Assembly: GCF_023055435.1 (NCBI RefSeq)
Contig: NW_025964334.1
Coordinates: 31,000,001 to 31,064,000, forward strand
Source: Haliotis rufescens
Lineage: Eukaryota
Reading direction: 5' to 3'
DNA length: 64,000 nt
Shown: positions 13,025 through 25,253 of the stretch, one piece after another
How the letters are laid out: every line of letters starts with the position of its first letter
Numbering within the stretch: the stretch's first letter is position 1
Position numbers and translations under genes: made by a program
Notes under the pieces: model-generated
Database searches by the model: none
What the model saw: only the letters and a program-made list of their open reading frames with translations
Told to the model about the DNA's origin: nothing

Positions 13025-14543
13025 TATCACCGATCCGCCTGTGTGTGATAATATATTTCAGCATATTAATATATAATATATATTATATTACTATATACTA
13101 TATAGTACTAAATATTTCAAGGCTTTGCGTATTTGTCCATGCTGTATGTGTCATCGAAAAAGACCCTTTATCCATCATGTTAAATATCTGTCCCATTTTA
13201 AATGCCTCTCGCACTATATACTTTGCCAGCCATGAACGATAAGCCTGCCAGAATATTAGTAGATATAATAACTGTCACCATATTTTTGTGTGTGTTTGTG
13301 TGTGTTTAACCCAAAGGCAAAGGTGACTATAATCATGATGTTTGTAATCATATGGCGATTACCCTACAAGTTCACACCGACAATACGTGACACTTTCGCG
13401 TCGAATATAATCGTATTTGCTTTTTATTAAGCGGAAGTAGGAACATATTTTCTTTTGTAAAGTTTAAAAAACACACCAAAATACAAAAATATTACAACAC
13501 ACACACACCCAAATATATATATTGCACAGATGTTCGAAAGGGTAAAAAGGGAGTGTTTACCTTATTTACCTTTTTTTCAAAATATAAATAGAATATCAAG
13601 CTATAAATTATATAACGTAATTTCCTATTGTATCCAATCATACATCATCTATATTTGTCTTAATTATATATCCGTCACTCCGGGGCCTCTCCATGAGAAA
13701 TATTAGGAGAAGAATTGGGTCACGTGTTTAGCCCCAGGCGTTCAGGGACGCTCTGCATTCTCATGGCTTGGTCGACTAAATGAATAATTACACATGTCAT
13801 ATACGCTGACCTTTTCAATCAATCACCTTTACCTAGAGTACCGGTTAATTCACTTTCGCGGCTTACGGCACGCACACGGGCAGGATAGAACAATATCAAA
13901 CTAACAAAGACATGGGCTTATTGGTAGTCATCAACTCATACATAAAGACTGCAAGATCTAAAATAACACGTGGCCTAAATACGACAAATTGGAAATTTCT
14001 TTCGGCACACGTCAGCAGTACACAGTGGATAAAACGTATCTCGCAAAAGAAAGAAAGACAAAAACATTATTTGAGTAAGCATTGAAGAGTGGCCTTTGTT
14101 TTTCTACGTCAAGCCAACACCCATACGCAGTTTATGAAATTACTGCTGGATGGTTTTAGCTTTTAATATATGTATGTTATGACTTCACTGTGACAGGTCG
14201 TTGTAACAGTCAATGTGATATTATCGGGACAGGTGACATGAACGCATTCATCGAAGCATCGTGTTGTATACATTAATTATGTATATGTATCTAAATATTT
14301 CAGACTAAGTATATATAATTAAATTTGTTTTTATCATACTCTCCATTGATTGGCTACTGACTTTGTAGGCATATCAAGTAATGTGCTTAAATTAAACAAT
14401 CACCTGATTCATGTCACGTCACAGTATGTATTCCTACACCCGGAATGTTTATCAATCTCGTCATTTTTGTCTGCTTTGATATATACAACTGTTTCTGGTT
14501 AAACTATTGTAGATAAAAAATGTTTTCGCTGACGAATTTAATC

Positions 14544-14705
14544 ATAAGGATTGACTGTGTTTTATTTTCGGTTCATTGAGGTATGAATCGAAAAACCGAT
14601 GTTCATACTTTTGTAAGAATCCGCTATGCGGATTTATATAGTTTGCACATCGGTTTTCCGATTCATACCTCAATGAACTGAAAAACAAACACAGTCAATC
14701 CTTAT
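14544..14705. mobile_element. ~160-bp fold-back (MITE-like) element
   Basis: Arms ATAAGGATTGACTGTG...AACCGATGT and ACATCGGTT...CACAGTCAATCCTTAT are near-perfect inverted repeats. Confidence 0.8.
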
Positions 14706-16829
14706 ATAACTTGATCGTGTTTAATATAAAATGTGTTTATTATAAGCATCCGTTTTCCTTCCTTGTAACGTTGGACACAAATGTTTCTTTTTCAAAATAA
14801 AACTTAGTCGTCCTTTCCGTTTGTATACAGAGAATTACGAGACCTTTCTGGGTACATTACCTGTAAGCCATTATTTAAAGGACTAAAACGATTCGTCGCT
14901 CGCATCCTCATTTAAGGGGACGTGAACCGAATTCGGTGTCGTCTTACTTTCTTATAATGTTTTTATCCATTTCCTGGGCCACTTAGCGAAGAAATCAAAC
15001 GTCCGTCAACATGGCCGTTGTTATACGCATACACACCGCAAACGCGCATGCATATATGCGTACATCGAAGTTTTCATTCAAATTGAAGCACACCATTGTT
15101 AACATGGTCACCGCTGAAATCCATGTAACCATGACAACCAGGTCGAATATTCCAAAGTAATATTAACTGTCTGTATGACATCGTGGAAAGAATTCAGTTC
15201 ATGTGCCTAACAGCCGGATTCGGTTAATTTACTGATGAAGCTAATTCAGTTGTATGATGCCACGCACGATCCTGTTGCGCTAGTTATCACATGCTCTGGA
15301 GGATTCTGTGACTCGGCATAGTTGATGCGAGTTGTGCAGAAGCGATTGTGTGTTTTTCCAGTTTTTCTTCTTTTGATTTATTTTAAAGGTGTTGCATTTA
15401 AATTTAAAGTCTCGAAACACTGACTTTTGATCATCCAACGAGAATGCTCTGCTCGTGCTGAGAAGGTTTGAAATATACAATGACCTGTGCGTGTCGCTGA
15501 CACATGCCTTCCGTGATGTCTTGCACGAGTTGTATTTAGTGCATGTGCTCAAAGGAAAAAGTTGTGTGTAGATATAGAAATGTATTAAAAATTGAAACGT
15601 AATCATAATTATGACAATGGCTGTCACAGATTGTCTTCTTACATGTGTATACAACAAACCGATGCCGTTTTCGTGGGCAAGATTACATTTCCCAATAATT
15701 TGTAAAAAAGAAAAATATTTTATAGGCAGAATAGTGTAATTAATAACTCCCCCTCTGTCTGTTTCTCCCTCCTTTCTTCTTTCACCTGCCCTCTCCCTCT
15801 CTACATCCCTCCGTCACTCCGTGCAGACATCATCGCCTTTGAAGTATTGACGGTAGGCAATATATCTCTCTCTCGCCATTTCTCCCTCCCTCTTTTTCGC
15901 CATGTCTCTCCCTCTCTCCCTCTCTCTCTCTCACTCTCTGTATGTTGGCTGCACAGAAATGCTACCACGTGTAGGTACGTCGTGAATGTACAACGTATTT
16001 CAAACAGGAACGAACACAATGCAATGCCCAAAACAGCAGACTTATCTTACAGCAGGGCTTGCAGTGGTGTGCCGGTGAATTTACCTTTCAAAGCCCACAG
16101 TGAGGTATTTAGACGTGTTTGTTATTTGCAACATGCTTGTAACATTTCCGTTCGTCTTAACGGTGACAGCGCGTGACGTTTAAAAGGATGTTTAGATTTT
16201 CCAAAAACGCGTGACGGAACAAGTACGCACAAACCTAGCATTAAAAACGGAAGCTCAAAACAGTTTTTACAACTATGTTATAGTGACATTATTTACATAT
16301 CCAGAAACATTAATGTTGTCGCTTATCTAATGCATTCACCCAAACGACGTGATTGATAAAATCGGATTATATTACGGATGTTGTTTAAAATGTCAAAGAT
16401 GTTTTTTGCCCCTCAAGTCTTGTACATTTACTGGCGAATTCAAATAAATATGTTTTGGGGGTGGGTTGGGTGTTAGGGGGTGGGCACACCTTCCACCACT
16501 ACACACCACGCCCTCAATCCCGTTCCGTTTTCCGGGATTTACCTCTGACTCATTATCGCACACCAGTCTCAAATGTTCATACAATTTCTGATATCATTTT
16601 TATCAATACCTCGACTTCAGTGGCTAATAAACAGTACATACTTAAACTCAAGGTTGTCCGTCCACATTCACTATCATAAGAGTCATTCAAGGCTAAAATA
16701 ACTGTCAAACTAGTAATTACCCTAAAAATCAGGCAAATCACAAATAAGGTTAGGACGAGACAATACAGTTTTACCTGAAATGGCTTATCGATTAACAGAT
16801 AACGTTTCGGATTATGAAATAAATCTTAC

Positions 16830-16908
16830 CTGAGTATCTAACGCCACACACACATAAACACAATAACAGCAAAGTCCATCTCGACACAGGGAATGTTTTG
16901 TTATCCAT
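16830..16908 (-). CDS. Putative first coding exon (signal peptide MDNKTFPVSRWTLLLLCLCVCGVRYS) of a gene continuing leftwards
   Basis: ATG at 16908, 26 codons with a hydrophobic core, then consensus donor CAG|GTAAGA in phase 1; no downstream exon recognised in the window. Confidence 0.6.
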
Positions 16909-16986
16909 TTCAAATACGCTGAGGTAAAAATTCAATGATCAATCGTGTCCATCAGTTGAACCAATGTTCACTGCGCAGCACACCTG

Positions 16987-16996
16987 GTCACGTGAC
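16987..16996. promoter_or_regulatory. Palindromic E-box GTCACGTGAC (CLEAR/USF type) ~80 bp upstream of the orphan exon ATG
   Basis: Exact 10-mer; it also occurs at 6445 and 42583, so function is uncertain. Confidence 0.3.
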
Positions 16997-17839
16997 GCCG
17001 CCAGATCGGGCGACAGTTTGATCCGGATTGCAGCAAACGCGAAAAATGTTGTGTCGACAGCTTGCTTTGTTTACCGGCGATGTTGACGCTCGGTACGTTA
17101 GCTTTAAGTTCAGATTGTGTGGTATGTCACAAACGGCTAGGCCTGATAATTTGTTTGAACGACATGATTTGATTTAGGCCGCCATACCCATCGTTACTAG
17201 TTAAGGAGGCGCAGATCAATCTTTGGAGAAAGCATCGTCATAAGTTGACGGGTTTGTATACGTAGAGTATACACATCTGTGAAGTATTGGTGATAGGCTG
17301 TCTCTATCTCGCCATTTCTCCCTCCCTCTTTTTCGCCCTGTCTCTCCTTCCCTTCGTCCTTCTGTCACTCTCCCTCTTTTTCTCCCTCCCTCTCTCCGCC
17401 CCGCCCATCTCTCTCTCTGTGCTCAGAATGTTATCCAGGTAGTAAATACGTCTAACATGTACGGAGTTTCTCAAAATAACTACAATGCAATGCTGTCATA
17501 GCGATACACCTCCAAACCTGCAAACACTACTTACAGAAATATCCTTGCAGATGTTTACAGCGAGGCTTGCTGTGAACTTACGTTTAAAAGCCCTGAGTTA
17601 ACATTTATTTTTAACTTATGTCGTACAATTGACATTTAGGACATATTTTTCACAGACCAGTATGTTTCCCGAATAGTTCTGTTTTATGTCATTATTCTGA
17701 AGCAATATATATTTTGGCGTGTTAAAATCAACTTCTCACATAAACATGTTCGACATTAGTTGGCGACATCGCACATGACAACCAGGAAAATAATTATTTT
17801 ACGAGAGCTTCATTCATTTCATATCTGTCCCGGAAGTGT

Positions 17840-18078
17840 TTTTTGTTTAATATTGCACTCAACAATATTCCAGCTATATAACGGAGGTCTGTAAATATTC
17901 GAGTCTGGGCCAGACAATCCGGTGATCGACATCATGAGCATCGATCCACGCAATTGGGATACGATGACATGCATCAACCAAGTCAGCGATCCCGTTAATC
18001 GCCTATTACGACAAGCATAGTCGCCTTTTACGGCAAGCATGGGCTGCTGAAGACCTATTCTACGCCAGATCTTCAGGG
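17840..18078 (-). mobile_element. Retroposon family B, near full length
   Basis: Reverse complement of the 28886-29151 type. Confidence 0.88.
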
Positions 18079-18174
18079 TTTTTGTCGCCTTGATAATAAA
18101 ATGAAATTACGCAGAGACAGAGATCTGCGCTAGATTCCATACACAAGAGTATGCTCAAGTAAATAGTATAATCT

Positions 18175-18368
18175 GAGGCGACTTAACTTGTCGTAAAAGA
18201 CGACTAACGGGATCGGGTGGTCAGGCTCGCTGACTTGGTTGATGCTGACCAATTGCGTGGATCGATGTTCATGAGGTCAGTCACTGGATTGTCTGGTCCA
18301 GACTCTATTATTTACAGACCGCTGTCGTATAGCTGGAATGTTGGAGTGAGGTGTTAAACAAACAACAA
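18175..18368 (+). mobile_element. Retroposon family B, 5'-truncated
   Basis: CTTGTCGTAAAAGACGACTAACGGGATCGGGTGGTCAGG...TTAAACAAACAAC. Confidence 0.85.
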
Positions 18369-18428
18369 ATACAAGCAAATACTTCTTCATAAGGCTTTTC
18401 TTTGCCTCCATGAAACTCGAGGCATGGG

Positions 18429-18580
18429 GACCGCCTCCGTGGTCTAGTGGATAGAGCGGAAGGTTGGGGGTTCGTTCCCCGGCCGCGTCATACCAGAAAA
18501 CGTTAAAAGATTGTACTTGTTGTTAACCTGTCTAGCGCTAGACATTAAGGGGCTAAAACAAGGACTGGTCGACTCGGATA
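18429..18580 (+). mobile_element. SINE family D, 5' half
   Basis: GACCGCCTCCGTGGTCTAGTGG...GCGTCATACCA. Confidence 0.8.
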
Positions 18581-18729
18581 TAAGATTCTCCTAAAAACAA
18601 TTCGGCACTGTAAGGAGCATGCGGGTTTGGCTAATGTGGTCTGAGGCCTGTATCACTTCACATCAAACTGACACGACGTAATATCACAGAAATACTCATC
18701 TGAGTCGTGCTATTCTCACTTGCTCCATG

Positions 18730-19193
18730 CCCCGTGAAGATTCGGGTGCTTGTAATGGGCGTAACAGGATCGGGCGGTCAGACTCTCTGATACGGTTGAT
18801 ACATGCCCTGGCGTCTAAGTCGCCGCAATTCGCTGTACAAAGTTGCGTCCCTTGAGTACACCAGAAACCTATTGTGTATTGTCGTGGGTTTGATTCCCGG
18901 TTCGCCAGATTATGTTTCTAGGTCTATCCGCACCACACCAATGCTCCTGTGTTTCATCAAAGTGGTAAACGTCTGAGACCTGCATCACTTAGGGCTTTAT
19001 TTCTCCCACATCAAGCTGACACGCCGTGATATAACTGGAATACTGTGCAAAGCGCCGTTAAACCCAACTCACTCATCCCAATGCGTAGATTAATAGTGAT
19101 GATGTCAATCACTGGATTGTCGGGTAGAGACTCGATTACTTACAGATCGCCTGCATGGAATTTTGCTGAGCGCGGCGTTAAACAACAAACAAA
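18730..19193 (+). mobile_element. Family B copy interrupted by a family A SINE (~18808-19076)
   Basis: B head CCCGTGAAGATTCGGG, then A body and tail, then the B 3' half resumes at CCCAATGCGTAGAT. Confidence 0.75.
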
Positions 19194-19332
19194 CACTCCA
19201 TTATTACAGGAACCTCCCCCTGAACCAGAATCCCCTGAACGTACCAGCCGCGTCACCTTCCTGTCACACCTGCCCGAGTGAGAATTACCTCCCCTTGGAT
19301 TGTTTACAGGTGACATCACGACCTCATTCAAA

Positions 19333-19387
19333 ATGGGGACGGAGTGGCTACTTGCGTTACTTTCGGCAATTCTCATCTTCAAAGAAG
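19333..19387 (+). CDS. Ly6/uPAR (three-finger, quiver/crooked-like) protein, coding exon 1 (signal peptide)
   Basis: AAAATGG start context; MGTEWLLALLSAILIFKE; donor AAG|GTAAAT in phase 1, matching exon 2. Confidence 0.8.
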
Positions 19388-20853
19388 GTAAATAATACAT
19401 AATATCATTTGTTTGGATAAATCTGAACGGTTTGCTTCTGTGCGAGTACACACCTGTCAGGTAAGTAAAAGGTATGCGACTGTCTTCCACATTCCGATCG
19501 TTACAACATGGCGGACATTTTACAACTCAATCCGGAAATGCTAAGGTGGAATTAAATCTTCACAGTCAGCCGCCAAAATGTGATATTTCATACACTAAAC
19601 ACATTTCCCGCGTACTAATTATTTCAGTTAATATTTTGAGCGCTGTTATATTGTGACAGGCTGTCTTTGACACATTTATGATGATGTCATGTTTGAGAGG
19701 ACCAAATTGAATTTGAATCATCAGAACTGTAACAGAATGTTTTATGATATTAAAACCATGGTTATATTCTTGAAAAATGATATAAGTAACATATTTGCGT
19801 ATATTTTGTCATATATCCTTTCCAACCGTGTGTTATCGTGGATGAAAAAACAAAAAACTTTTGTTCATGAACAAGAATATTCATCTTTTCTCGTTTTCAT
19901 TCATATGGATAAATGTCTTCTGGAGTAGGAATATCATATGCTATTGACAGTATACGTAATGTCGCATTGGATGCATATATATAGTTGCAATAGAAGGAAA
20001 CCGATTATCGGTTTGGAGTTCAGAAAGGGTCATGGCCAAAATTTCGCAAAGAGATTGGTGATTTAAAAACAACAAACATTCCTTACCAAAAAGCTTCTAA
20101 AGTAGCGTCACAGTAGTATCATTGAACTAAGAACTTCAGTGATTACACTTGACATGCTAGAGGTATGTTTTTGTCTGATTATTAATTAAACATCACACCT
20201 CTGTGAGCTAATTAATCTGTTCACTTCTGTGCTCACGACAGACGAAACAAAACTACTCAAAATCCACAACCTGTTGACTCCATAACGGATTAAGATTTAT
20301 TCATGCCATCGAGCATGGTAAAATGAAACAAAAATGTTTTTGTTTTTTTTAACAAGAAATAGTGTAAACAGTGGTAACAATGCAACTTTTAAAATCTTTA
20401 TGAACTTTCTCATCAGAAACAACCAGGGGAAAGACTTTCGCCCATATCCCCCCCCCCCCCCCCCTCACATTAGTTAATATAAATATTCATGCTTTGCTGC
20501 TCAATCCTTTTAATTCTTTATAGTTTTGAGGGGGGATACGGGCAGAAGTCTTACCCAACAAAGCACAGAGAGTTAAAACTTTATGAAGATGTGTAGCACC
20601 ATAACCATGATAACATGCCTTGGATTTGTTCATCACATGGAATTGAAAAATGTCTATTAATCGTGGAAATGTAAGTTGTCAAACTCAGTCATGGAATCAA
20701 AGGTCCACATTCCAGGCTGTACAGAGGAATTCCTGAGTGTACAGTATTGTATGCCATATATTCATGCACAATTTAAGGATGTACATTGTATCATGTTTGT
20801 GTCAAGTCTTTGGTTCTTGAACATCACAGATGAGCTTTGTGTTTGTATTGCAG

Positions 20854-20985
20854 GTGAAGGGTTGATGTGCCACCGCTGTTTCAGTGCCATGGGTGGTTGT
20901 GGTGATGAGGTGGTCTGGAGAATGTTCCCATGGAGGGATTGTGGGCCTTCCAACTTCTGTGTCAAAGTCATTGAGAAAGTACCAG
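20854..20985 (+). CDS. Ly6/uPAR protein, coding exon 2
   Basis: TTGCAG| acceptor; GEGLMCHRCFSAMGGCGDEV...DCGPSNFCVKVIEKVP; donor CAG|GTGAGT; 132 nt, phase 1-1. Confidence 0.92.
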
Positions 20986-21975
20986 GTGAGTTGTGATGGT
21001 GGTGATCGGTGAGGGAATCAGAAGGCCATATTGTGTATACAGTCTGGTACTCTGGTATTATGATACCATTGCATGACACCTGCGTATATGCCACAGAGGG
21101 GCTTCTGAGACACTTGGCTCTGATAATATGATTGAACAAAATTAACATGGTATAAAAGCTTACATGCTAAAACAAAACTTGACTATGGTTAGTTCACGCT
21201 CCTGATGAAGTTGATTGAAATCTCTCAATCAAAACATTCTTTTTTTGCTAACTCAAATTTTAGGATACTTTGGGATTGATCTAGACCTGGTCAGAGCTGG
21301 ATATTCATCCCAAAGTCTGCAACAATTGTCAGTAAAATTTCCTAAATGGGAATTAAAAAATTCTTATTTCATGTAGATAAAGTTATAACTACTGTGATGG
21401 CTTGGTCGAGGTATCTAGTATTCCACTGAAGAAGAGGCTTAATTTTCCATTTTTTTTTTAATGCAATGTTAAAAATAACAATAAATGTTTTTCCCAATTT
21501 GTTTGCCAAGGGCACTTAGTTTGGAATCTTAGATAAATCCCTGAGTAATCTAGCAGTCAATTATTAACCTGTTTACACAAAGACTCTGTTTTTACAATGT
21601 CTCGACCTTGGCTGGAACTTGGCTCCATAGTTCCCATTCAACATGCTTAACATATGAACACTGTCCCCAGGATTCCAGGCAGTTGATCAGAATAGATCCC
21701 CAGCAACCGGTGCTTGTAGTATGAGGTGACTTAATGAATTGGGTGGTCTGGATCAGTTGATAGCGTGTCAGTGTACACTGAACATGCTGAAGGTGTGGAT
21801 CGTTGCCCATGATATCTATCACTGGTTTGCCTGGTCTAGACTTGATTATTTGCAGGTCGCTGTCATATAGCTGACATATTGCATTAATAACATACATTAT
21901 TAACATTTCCAACAATTTGTATGGAAAATCATATGGCTGTCTGCTTTTGATTCAATCACCTTTCATCATTTTCAG

Positions 21976-22250
21976 GACAAGAGCCAAAATATATCCGGGA
22001 ATGTGAACACGAATTGATGAAGTCAACACGACATAGACTAAGGATGCCAAACTTGCGTCGCCATGGTTACTGTCTCCCAGCACGAAAAAACGACCCTTTC
22101 AACCCCCTGGATCTGACTAACAGCCAGATTACATACTGTTTCTGTAATGAGTACAATGGATGTAATGGAGCCTCAGACATCAAACTGAAATATGTCCCAG
22201 CTCTTGTCTTCACCTCGCTTGTAACACTGCTATTGTCACGGTTGTTCTAA
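21976..22250 (+). CDS. Ly6/uPAR protein, coding exon 3 (C-terminal CN motif and GPI-signal-like tail)
   Basis: TTTCAG| acceptor; ...YIREC...GYC...YCFCNEYNGCNGAS plus hydrophobic C-terminus; spliced product 153 aa with 10 Cys in the mature domain. Confidence 0.92.
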
Positions 22251-24696
22251 TAATCTTCTACCGTCCCCCAAAACATGGTGCCTACTTTTTATGTGATTTT
22301 TTTATATCGAGGATTCACATGTCTATGTTTCCTGAGAAAGAATAACATGAACAAACACACAGTAGTGTAAAGGATGGGGAATGCTGAGGGCCCTGTTTGG
22401 AGATATTCAAATGGCTGACGACTAGCCCTTATTTATTTCTTTCTTTCTTGTCCTCTGCTATGATCAAGATCATAACAATGGCTACAGGCTTGATTTTCAT
22501 GTTTCAAGACTGTGAGCAAATATGTGACCCAAGATTAATTTTTGAAACATGAGTTTTCTTGATCTTATTGTTAATCTTTGAAAAACAGCTTGGGTTAAGA
22601 CTCATGCTCAAATATTGGAAAAAAATATTTCTGGAAAAAAAATAATATCTACATTCAGCCGTTTTGACATATTTTATCATTACCTAAGCGATTTACAATT
22701 GGTCACATGAACACATCTGAATTTCATAATGATTTGTAAAAAAAATCCTCATTTCTTAAAATTATGAATATCCCAAGGACAAAAGAGGTTCCCTTCTAAG
22801 TTGTTGTTTCTGCATCATTGATGCTTTTGAACAGCGAACCTGAGCAAAATACCATCATTTTGTTCCATTCTAAATCATATATATGTTAATTGAGCTAATT
22901 TCAGTTTGACTCCTATATACGCATTTATCACTTTCTGAAAGGTTATAGTTTGATCCTTTCCTTAAGGACAGTTAATCTGTCAAAGAACCACTATGAACAC
23001 TTTTACAATATTGAGGTGACAGATCTTGAAAATCCATGAATAGTTTGTTAAATCAGCACATTCCAAACCTACTACAGCAATCCACGAAACCCATTACGAT
23101 AAAGAGAAAGATTTAAACTTGCCTTGTAAATAACAAGAACATATTTTATGTACTTTTTATACCCACTTTGTATATTTCCATGCTTGTAAATAGACACATT
23201 GTACTTCATTGTAATCATCACTCTGAGAATATGTAATATTTCAATGGTTTTTTTCAAGGACTCTTTTACTTATTTTAAGATTTAGAGGTATTATTTGACA
23301 AAATCAAATTTGTTGTTGATATATGAATGAATGCTTTCCACATCAGAAGTACCTGTTTCAAAACGCGTAGTTAATAGTATGATGACATTTTCAGTATTTC
23401 ATAACTTGTCTGTGGATTTTTTTTTTTAAACAAGAACATATTTCTTGTCAAATTGCATTTGACATTATTAATTGTATATGATGCTGCTGTAGTAATAATT
23501 GTTTTTGAATTTGTGTACTGAATTTTGATAAGGTCTACAGCCATGGCTATCATACGTTCTACATTTCAGTTTGTTTAGTTTATCTTCTACTTGTTCCTTA
23601 GTTGCCAACATAAAAGTGGAATAGCTGTATACATTCAATAGGTTGATGAAGACATTTACTTTTCATACCTTGGTTTAAGGATTTGACTTCAGGCAAAAAG
23701 TTGATATTAGTAACACTGACATGGGATTAGTTAATCTCCTCACACTGATATCCCATTCATGGTGCTATCTATAATATGTTACGGAGAGTGTAACGAAGGT
23801 GTCTTGCGCTGGGAAGCACCCTTGGGTGTTTGTGTGGGAAGGGAGGTAACTCTTTGAGTTTTGACAAAAAATATTTCTTTTTGACAATACTTCCATTAAA
23901 TCATTTCAAAATAACATTGTTATAAACAATAATAATCAACCACTATTTCAACACCGTTTCCGCAATTTTTCAAAAGAATCCTTAGACCAATTTTAAGTAT
24001 TTGAAAAAAAGCATTTGAAACTGTTGTGATGTGACACACAACGCATGAAACTATGAATTAAAGAACCATTAACAAAGTAACCTAAAGTTGGTACTGTAAC
24101 AATCACTACATTATAAATATGCTTTTTAATTTGTGAAATTGCATGTAAAGTATTTTTAATTTGTTATTTGCTGGGCTTGTACATGCTTGGCTTCATATGA
24201 ATTTCCTGACTAGTGCCAGTGTTGTGTATAACCATCTTATAAACAGACATATGCTGTAGCTACATAGGATGGACATGATTTTATGATTTGACATTTTACT
24301 TCTTGTAAAAAGCATCTCTTTTGTTTGAAATTTGTGAACATAATGCTGAAAGAGGATGTGTACCAGGTGTACAATAATGATTAAAACATTTTTTTGTATC
24401 CATGAATCATTGTAAAAAAATCATAGCAATAAATTTTTTAGTAAACAATATATTATTTCTTACGTGTGACTACCCTGTAGGGGCCTGGTTAAAGGGTCCA
24501 TGGAGGTCTGTTGCTGTACATAAGAAGTGACTAAACTGGCTTAGGTCAGGCTGTCGGTGTCATTGCTCCCCAATATCATGCTCAGTATATCAACGACTGG
24601 TTTGTCTGGCCCAAACTTGATCATGTATGGGGTCATTGTGATGTTACCAAAAGCAACGTTACACCCTTCATTCACCCATTTACTTGCGTGTGATAC

Positions 24697-25155
24697 AGAC
24701 TGCCTCTAGTGGATGGAGTGTCTGCCTGGAGATTGGAAGGTCGGTGGTTCGATCCTGAGGTGTGATAACAAAACACGTTCAAAGATGGTACTTGTTGTTT
24801 CCCTGCCTGGTACTTGGATCTAGGATCTAGGATCTTGCACACCCTAGTACATTCCTACAACTTAGATCTAGTGGATAGTGTTTCTGCCTGGAGAGCGAAA
24901 GGTCGAAGATTCAAACCTCGGCCATGTCATACCAAAAGATGGAACTTGTTGAGAAGGACTGGCTGGCTTGTAATGGGTTCCAACTGTAGTGTGCTATCTC
25001 TGTGGGCTAGCACTTTATAACTGGCATTAGTCTGGATTGGTACTAGCAGCCACACACATACATATGATTGCACATCACTATATAAGTCAAAACACACATT
25101 GCTATAAAAAAGTACAATAATCTTGAACACAAAATTAAACCCAATTTCACCTCAT
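24697..25155 (+). mobile_element. SINE family D, diverged, with duplicated head
   Basis: Two CTAGTGGA...GGAGA..GAAGGTCG..TTC heads at ~24706 and ~24868, then family D body and TTTCACCTCA tail. Confidence 0.7.
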
Positions 25156-25253
25156 TTGCAACAACATAGATTTCCTTGCATTATTCAACATGATAAAGTA
25201 AAACATCTGGATTTCTGAGGAGGATATTAGTAAAAGAGATAACTCCGTTAATA

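Noticed and set aside
16800-16835. Hammerhead-like ...AATCCGAAACGTT on the minus strand next to the orphan exon donor
   Set aside because: No CUGANGA box; better explained as splice donor plus chance similarity
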